From assembly GCA_965112155.1 (NCBI GenBank), contig OZ218099.1: 64,000 nucleotides of DNA. The stretch is one strand, 5' to 3'. Positions 54,501-62,300 of this stretch are shown one piece after another. The DNA comes from Podarcis liolepis (Eukaryota). The notes under the pieces were generated by a model that had not been told where the DNA came from, made no database searches, and saw only the letters and a list, made by a program, of their open reading frames with translations. Every line of letters starts with the position of its first letter. The stretch's first letter is position 1. The position numbers and the translations under genes were made by a program.

Positions 54501-57500
54501 GCTTCCCTGGGTTCTCTTTAAATTCAATAATAATGATTAATCACTACCAATCTGTAATGTATAAGCCATTTTGTTAAATACATTGTGTTTTGAGCCACAC
54601 AATGTTATGTAAATTACTACGCACAACAAGGGAGTTCATGCCCTGGTAAATTACATGTAATTACATGAAAACAATAACATGTGTTAAGACACCCATAGTT
54701 TGTAAAGTTCTCAAGAGATCAAATCAAGTGCAAAAAATTGCAGTGTTGAATATGACGGCAGTTAGTTAGAAAAATCTTTAAACAGTAACTTGGGTATTGC
54801 TGACGTTTGAATCCCTGAAACAATTCAAACTCCACTGGGGGTTTCAGAACGGTTATGTGTATTTGCATTTCTTAAGTAACACACTCTCTTTCACACACTA
54901 CCTTCAATCCAATGAAGCATATTACTAATGATATTTCATAGGCTCACAGGATCAGATAGCTGGGTCTCTTTAGAAGTACTGCATTGGAGGGTGATAGTGG
55001 GAGATCTCCACTGGGGATGAATTTCAGCATGATATTTCTTCTGATTTTTTAAATACCCCAGTCATTTGTGTGTCATCCCTCAAAATAAACTGACTCACTA
55101 CTGGTAGAAGGCATTCCTTGATGACCCAGACAAAGAACTGTTCCATAACATTAACCTGCTTTTCCAAACATTAAGGTAAAGGTAAAGGTACCCCTGCCCG
55201 TACGGGCCAGTCGTGTCCGACTCTAGGGTTGTGCGCCCATCTCACTTAAGAGGCCGGGAGCCAGCGCTGTCTGGAGACACTTCCGGGTCACGTGGCCAGC
55301 GTGACAAAGCTGCTCTGGTGAGCCAGCACCAGCGCAGCGCACGGAAACGCCGTTTACCTTCCCGCTAGAAAGCGGTACCTATTTATCTACTTTCACTTTA
55401 GGGGTGCTTTCGAACTGCTAGGTGGGCAGGAGCTGGGACCGCAGACGGGAGCTCACCCTGCCGCGGGGATTCGAACCGCCGACCATGCGATCGGCAAGTC
55501 CTAGGCGTTGAGGATTTACCCACAGCGCCACCCGCGTCCCGTTCCCAACATTAAGGCAGACTTATTTTTAAAAGGGCTACAGCTGTCTGGTTGATGATAG
55601 GGTAACATACTTTATTTCAGCAGAAGCCTACATGTTGCCTTCCAGGTGTTGCTGGACTACAACTCCCATCATCCCTGACACTGGCCATGCTGCTTGTGGC
55701 TGATGGGAATTCTGAGTCCAAAAACATATGGAAGGCCATATGTTAGCCACCACTGCTTTATTTCATTGTAGCTAGAAAGTCAACAAGTAACTGATTTATT
55801 GGAATTCAACAGTCCCAATTTTAAGAATCCTGGAATTGTAGAGTTGGAAGGGACTCCTGAGGGTCATCTAGTCTCAACTAAAGCATCCATGACAGATGGG
55901 CATCCAATCTCTGCTTAAAAACTTCCAAGGAAGGAGTGCCCACTAGCTATGAATTCCCCTCATGACCTGGGACAAGCAACAATGTTTACACTTTAGATAC
56001 CTATGACTAAAATAAAGGTATGTGGGTGCTTTTGGATCTAGATGTATAACTAAAGGTGGATAATATACTTCATAATTTTGTTTACATCCCACGGATACAC
56101 TGTAATTGAATTGTAAGAAGATATAATAGAAGGGGAAAGCTCATCCAGCAAGGGGCAGCGAGAAGTAATTTGGCACTCACCTCTCACTTTGTTATGTCTG
56201 CACTATTGCTGAAAATAAGCCAGAGAAATGGCTTTCTTATCTTACAGTACCTCACCAGGACAACATCCTTACTAGAGGAACACTTCAAAGCACAGAGGAA
56301 ACAGAGGATAGACAAAGGGAATAAATCATCGGGTAGACAAAAACATCAGTAAATGAAGGGTTTTGTGCTGTCATCTTATTTGCTGGAACTGTTTATGTTG
56401 TCTGTCCAGCCCAGCTAGGATAGAAAGCCAAAGTGGCATTAATCCAGGTTTTTACTTTTCTATGCACATATAGCTCAGGGACGCGGGTGGGGCTGTGGGT
56501 AAAACCTCAGTGCCTAGGACTTGCCGATCGTATGGTCGGCGGTTCGAATCCCCGCGGCAGGGTGAGCTCCCGTCTTTCGGTCCCAGCTCCTGCCCACCTA
56601 GCAGTTTGAAAGCACCCCTAAGTGCAAGTAGATAAATAGGTACCGCTTTATAGCGGGAAGGTAACGGTGTTTCCGTGCGCTGCGCTGCTGCTGGCTCGCC
56701 AGAGCAGCTTCGTCACACTGGCCACGTGACCCGGAAGTGTCTCCGGACAGCGCTGGCTCCCAGCCTCTTAAGTGAGATGAGCGCACAACCCTAGAGTCGG
56801 ACACGACTGGCCCGTACGGGCAGGGGTACCTTTACCTTTACGCACATATAGGCTTCATTTGTTACCATGCAGGGTGCAAACTTCCATTTCAAATGTGGCT
56901 ATATAATGTCTCAATAAAGATTTATGATTCTATACATGCTTTAGGGGACAAAAGGATAACTTAGGTCTATATATTTTAAGTTAGTTTGCTGTGTTTTAAT
57001 ATCTTTTTACATTATCTAGAACAGTGTTTCCCAACCGGTGTTCCGCGGCACACTAGTGTGCCGCGAGACGTTGGCTGGTGTGCCGTGGGAGGGAGGCGGG
57101 CGAGTCGGGCGGCGAGAGGCGGGGCGGCGGCGAGGATCCGCATCGAGCCGGGGGCGGCTCCGCGGTGGTGGTGCCGAGGTTTCTCTCTCCATTCTCCCCT
57201 CACACACACACACACAGGAAATAACACAGGATCAGCTGACAGGACCCGGCCAATGGGGCGGCGGCGGGGCAGCGCGCGCAAAAGGGAGGAGCGCGAGACA
57301 GCGGATGAGGAGGAGGCCGGCATGTCCGGGCAGCAGCAGCAACAACAGCAGCAGCAACTCCCGGCGACGGCTCCTCAAGCCCCGGGCAACCCTACTCCCT
57401 CACCGGCCTTGGCCGCCCTCCTGCTCCACCCGCCGCCGCCTCCCCCGCCGCCGCCGGCCACCTCGGCCCCGCCGCCGCCCCCTCCTCTGCCCGCTATCGC

Positions 57501-59276
57501 CGCCACCACCACAACAGCCGCCGCCGCCTTAGCTGCCGCCGTCCCTCAGTCCCTCGCTTTGCTGCCTCCTCCCCCCCACCCCCAAAGCTTGGAGGTTCCC
57601 CGGCAAGGGGGAGGGGAAAAAATTGAAACTTTCACTTTCGTGCGTCCCTCCCGGCGTGACGCTGCGCGCTGACGTCACGGGGCTGTAATGGTGGTGTGCC
57701 TCGAGATTTTTTTCATCAAACAAGTGTGCCTTTGCCCCAAAAAGGTTGGGAAACACTGATCTAGAAAGAAGGCTGCTACTACGAAATAGTAGCCCCACAC
57801 AATGAACTATGAAAGACCACAGAAATATTTAATTCTGTCAATGAGAAATTTAAAATATCTTACATAAACAGCCTTTTTCTAGTGCAACTCTTGTAGCTTA
57901 CCACATAAATAGATTCTATTAGTCACTGGGGGCATTTAGATGACTCAAAGTTATAGATTTTCATGTCTTATTAAGGTCACCACATTACATTACTAGAGTT
58001 TTAAGTTACATTCAAATTGTGTTGTGTTTTCATGCTAGTTTCCCCAAACGGGAAGTACTGCTGAACTCAGCTGCACAATTCATTAGGAGCTGGCACTGAA
58101 ATAATGTTGTGGAGGAGAGGTGTAATCTCTTGTCCTTCACCATGCAGATAATCTGCCATCTGAAGTGTGGCTTCCCTGTAAACTCCTGGTCACACAGAAG
58201 CCTGTCCATGTGATCATCTCTCCCTCTGGGAGAAGAGGCGTTTGTGTGGATGACCCTGCTCACATGGGTAGTTTTCTACATAGTGGAGGTGAGGGGCTTG
58301 TATTGGGACCAAATCAACAGCAAGAATAGGGACTACTCCAAACACATATTGCAGATGAGCCTGAAAATATCAGCTTTCCTTTAAAAGAAAGCAAAAAGGT
58401 TTCTAGGCTATGTGGCTAGAAAGGCCTGTAAATATAACTGCACTAGGTAGTTGTGAGGAAAGCTTTAGGCATCTTTTGGATTCAGTCAGAGAGAAAGGGA
58501 AAACTCATACCTTAGCCCTTCTTTGTAGCTACCATTTATCTCCCTGTTACATACTGCTTTCTAGCCACCCAAGCTGCCTGTCTCTTCTGCCTTGCTCATG
58601 AAAAGACCCTTTTTTCTAAGCAGGAGACTGCTTATGCACCAGTAGAGCAAATCCACCCCTCCTGTCAATACATCCACACTGTATTGAGCTCCACACCAGC
58701 TCGCCCTGTCCCACAAGATAAGTGGCAGTGACACACCTGCTGGGAAGCTAGCATTGCAGCTTTGCCCCACTGGGTGAGTCGCTACTGCTGGTATATTACT
58801 ATACAACTTGTAACAAATGCTGCTGTTATTGATCCAGAAAATCATTGATTTAGAATATCTGGATAGCCTTGTCCAAGTCCCTCATGCTTATGTAAACTCA
58901 GCAGTCTGCACACAGTAAATGTACAGGAGAGTCACTTTGTGGATGCAATTTAGGGTAGTGGGTAAGAGTCATAGCTACCATTTCATTCAGCCATATACCA
59001 TCGTTTCATTTATGGTTGAAAACTGAAAACATCAAACAGTGTTTTCATGGATAAATTCAACTGCTGATCCCTAAATATATGGAACTGAGATTGCAGCTGT
59101 ACCAGTTGCTGGCACTTCTGTGACTCGGGCTACTCTCATCTCTGTATCAACTCTGCCTTCTATACTGGCTCATGGGAGAGGGCTGGCCAGTATTTGGGGC
59201 TACAGGATTGTGACATATCCCACATAAGAACACCCTGCACACAAGGGTCTGGACTGCTCAGTCCCCGGGGGCATTG

Positions 59277-59327
<51 letters not shown>

Positions 59328-62300
59328 TGCATTTAGGGGGAATGAAAGTAGGAGGATCTTAATGAAATCTACAAATCCCACCCCTCTGACTGTCCCCAAA
59401 TTTAGATCTATTATGACCCCCCTCCACACAATGCATTTTACAGGGTGATTCCTTTAAAAGAGGCCCTGTGGATGCAGGGTACACATGTTCCACGGGGCCT
59501 CTTTAAAAGACTCACCCTGTAGAACAGCAGCGGATGTGGTTAGCACAAAGGACAAGGGGACAGGATACTTCTGCCCCTGTAAGGCCCCACATCAGGGCAG
59601 ACTGTCACAGCTGTTCCATCATGGTTCACAGCTGCTTGCCCACATGTGAAGCTTCCAGGGCACTTGGTAGGGGTTGAATCATGCCCACTTTGTAGAGATG
59701 TCCATATCCCACTAAAGGTTTGAATATTCATTTTTAATGCTGAAGTAACAGGTGCTTTAAAATCTTCCTACCCAAGCTTGATGATCTGTCACTACTTATG
59801 AGCTTGAGTACAGGTAGCTCATCTACCTTCATGTGACTATAAATTTAGTAAAGTCAGGAAAACTCAGGATTCTAGAGATAGAACTGATTATACGAAACCC
59901 TACCAAATCTGGTCAAAGGGTTACAAAATTTCTAGGGGCATGAGATCCAAGTACATAAGACATTCAGACTGGATAAAATCTCCTCCAAAAATATTTTCTT
60001 AAACATTATCAAGTGAAATAGAGAAAATGGCACAAAGACATAAAAATTGGGGGGGGGAGCATTAATGATTAGGAGCTGCATTCATCTGGTAGTGGTAAGT
60101 TAAAACTTGAGGACTGGCTAAAAGTACAAGGATTGTCAAAGGTTTTCTTCACTGCTGCAAAAAACTGGAAGTTTTTAAATACCAGGACAACACAAACTAC
60201 AGCTAATTATTTTGTTCAGCAAAAAATAAAAAGTAAACACAGAGTTTTCTATTTCTTAAGACAAAAATCTCTTTGTATGAGATAATGAATAAAAATCACT
60301 GGTTCAACAACTAAGCAGCCTCTTGGGTAACAGCCACAATTGCAGAAATGTGTCTTTGGCAGGAGACAGCCAGAGTAACAGAAACAGATGGATAGTGTCG
60401 GAGAATGCACATCAAAGAGGGACAAACAGCAACAGAGCAAAGAAAGTAAATTCAAAAACATGATGAAATTATATCTTACCATATAATATTTTTGTAAGAA
60501 AAAAGTCATGCTGCAGTTTGTGTGGCTGCCAATAGGTGGCCATGAGTACTGCAGCGACAACAGCAGGCAGAGCAAGTGAGCAGAGCAGACAGGCTGGCAG
60601 CACGAGTGAGCGAGCTGGCAGAGCAAAACAGCAGGTGGGTTACCCTGGAAGGCCTTCCCATGTTGTCTGCAGCCACTGCCACCTGGGAAGCCTGGGGTTT
60701 GAACAAGCAGGCAGGCCGTCCAGCAGAGTGAGCATGCACCCTGGCAGACCGTCATGTGCTCCCTGTCTTTGCTGCTGCTGCCCAATGTTTGCCAAAAACT
60801 CCCCCCTCTCCTCACAACTTGCCTCAAACCACTGCAGTGTGAGGCAAAGGGGAGAAAGACTTTCTCCTCTTCATTCCCCTGTCGTCTGCGAGTGGCAGCA
60901 GGATCTTGGGATGGGGCAAGCTGTGAGGGTATGGGGGTGTTTTGGGAGATAGGGATCTGCAATTGAGTTGGCAACAGTTAGACAGATTAAATGAGGTGTG
61001 AGGGGATGGGGAGCTATGAGTGGAAGAAGGGGATTGGCAAAGGGATTGGGGGAGATGGCAAGCAATGTGAGCCACAGCAACGCTCCCTAATGAAGATGAT
61101 ATTGTCAGATATGTCCTATGAAGGGATAGTGATCTGACAAGCATGTGCAGATGAACTGACAACCATTATGTCCCATAGAATTGCCAGATTATGGCTTTAA
61201 ACACACCTACTTGGCTAGGTATATTTTAAAACAAGGTATTAGTATCACTAGCCAATTACCAAAATCATTTCATAATCTGATAATTCTTTATACCTTTTCG
61301 ATTTCTCTCTCCATCCTTAGTAAAACAATTATTATCGTAACCACAATTTCAAAAGAAAGATGATCCACAGACTGATCTAATGTCATGCTGTCTGCATCTT
61401 CTATCCTTTTGCATATCATTTCTCCTATTTTCATCTGGTCACCCTAAATTTTAATAGCAATGAGTATTTTGGACACCTTTTTACACCTTATTCGTATTAA
61501 ATACAAACTTATCCTTAAGGCAGGAAGTATAGCTTGAATATAAACAAATAATGCCTACATCACACTTATTAAAGTTTCTTTCCAAAAGGTAGCATACTTA
61601 TTTTGAGAAAACAAAAGCTGTATCATACCTGGACCAAGCAGCGGGGACCGGTTTGACTGGGCACTTGACTGGTGCGGTGGCTGAGGTTCAGCCATGTTTG
61701 CGTTGATAATGGTGGTGCTAGTGGTGGCGGTTGTGGTACTGCTCTGGATTACCGGATTGTTTCTATCCCACATGTTTACAGTCTTGTTGTTATTGTAATT
61801 TGGGTCACCCCAAGCTGAGGTACCATCATCAATCTCCATCTTGCGCCGAATGGATGGTGGAGAGGGCTCTTCCCACCCCGTTGCTTCACTACTATCTTTC
61901 TGTTTGGCTGGCACTGGTCCACCAACCCATCCTGATCCAGTCTGTTTAACAGAAGCAGCTCCTCCCCAATTACTCACGTTGTTGTCCTGGGATTTAGAAG
62001 CCCAATTCTGTTGAGGACCAGGTTTTAAAGATTCCCCCCAGCTCGTACCTGTATTAGCCTTGCTGTTTGTGCCATTTCCCCATCCAGTGGTCCCAGAACG
62101 CGTAGTATCATTCCAGCCAGACCCTGCTCTATTGTCAGCATCCCATCCAGAACCATTCTTTTTCCCATCTCCCAAGTGTCCAGGGACAGATGAGGAATCA
62201 ACCCAATCTCCACCCCCTGAAGTCCAGCCTGGATTCGATTTCTGTCCATCTCCCCAGTTTTGAGATTTGGGTTTCTGAGGTTCACCCCAAGTAGGCGACT

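Noticed and set aside
56478-56560. tRNA gene
   Set aside because: The A/B-box-like motifs are the tRNA-derived head of a Sauria SINE.
56986-57672. 228-aa plus-strand ORF as a standalone gene
   Set aside because: It starts at TTG outside the element, crosses the TSD and TIR, and is open mainly because of GC richness. Only the part from ATG 57322 resembles a real protein.
60249-60974. 241-aa minus-strand ORF
   Set aside because: No recognisable domain; it spans a compositional boundary and has no convincing splice context.
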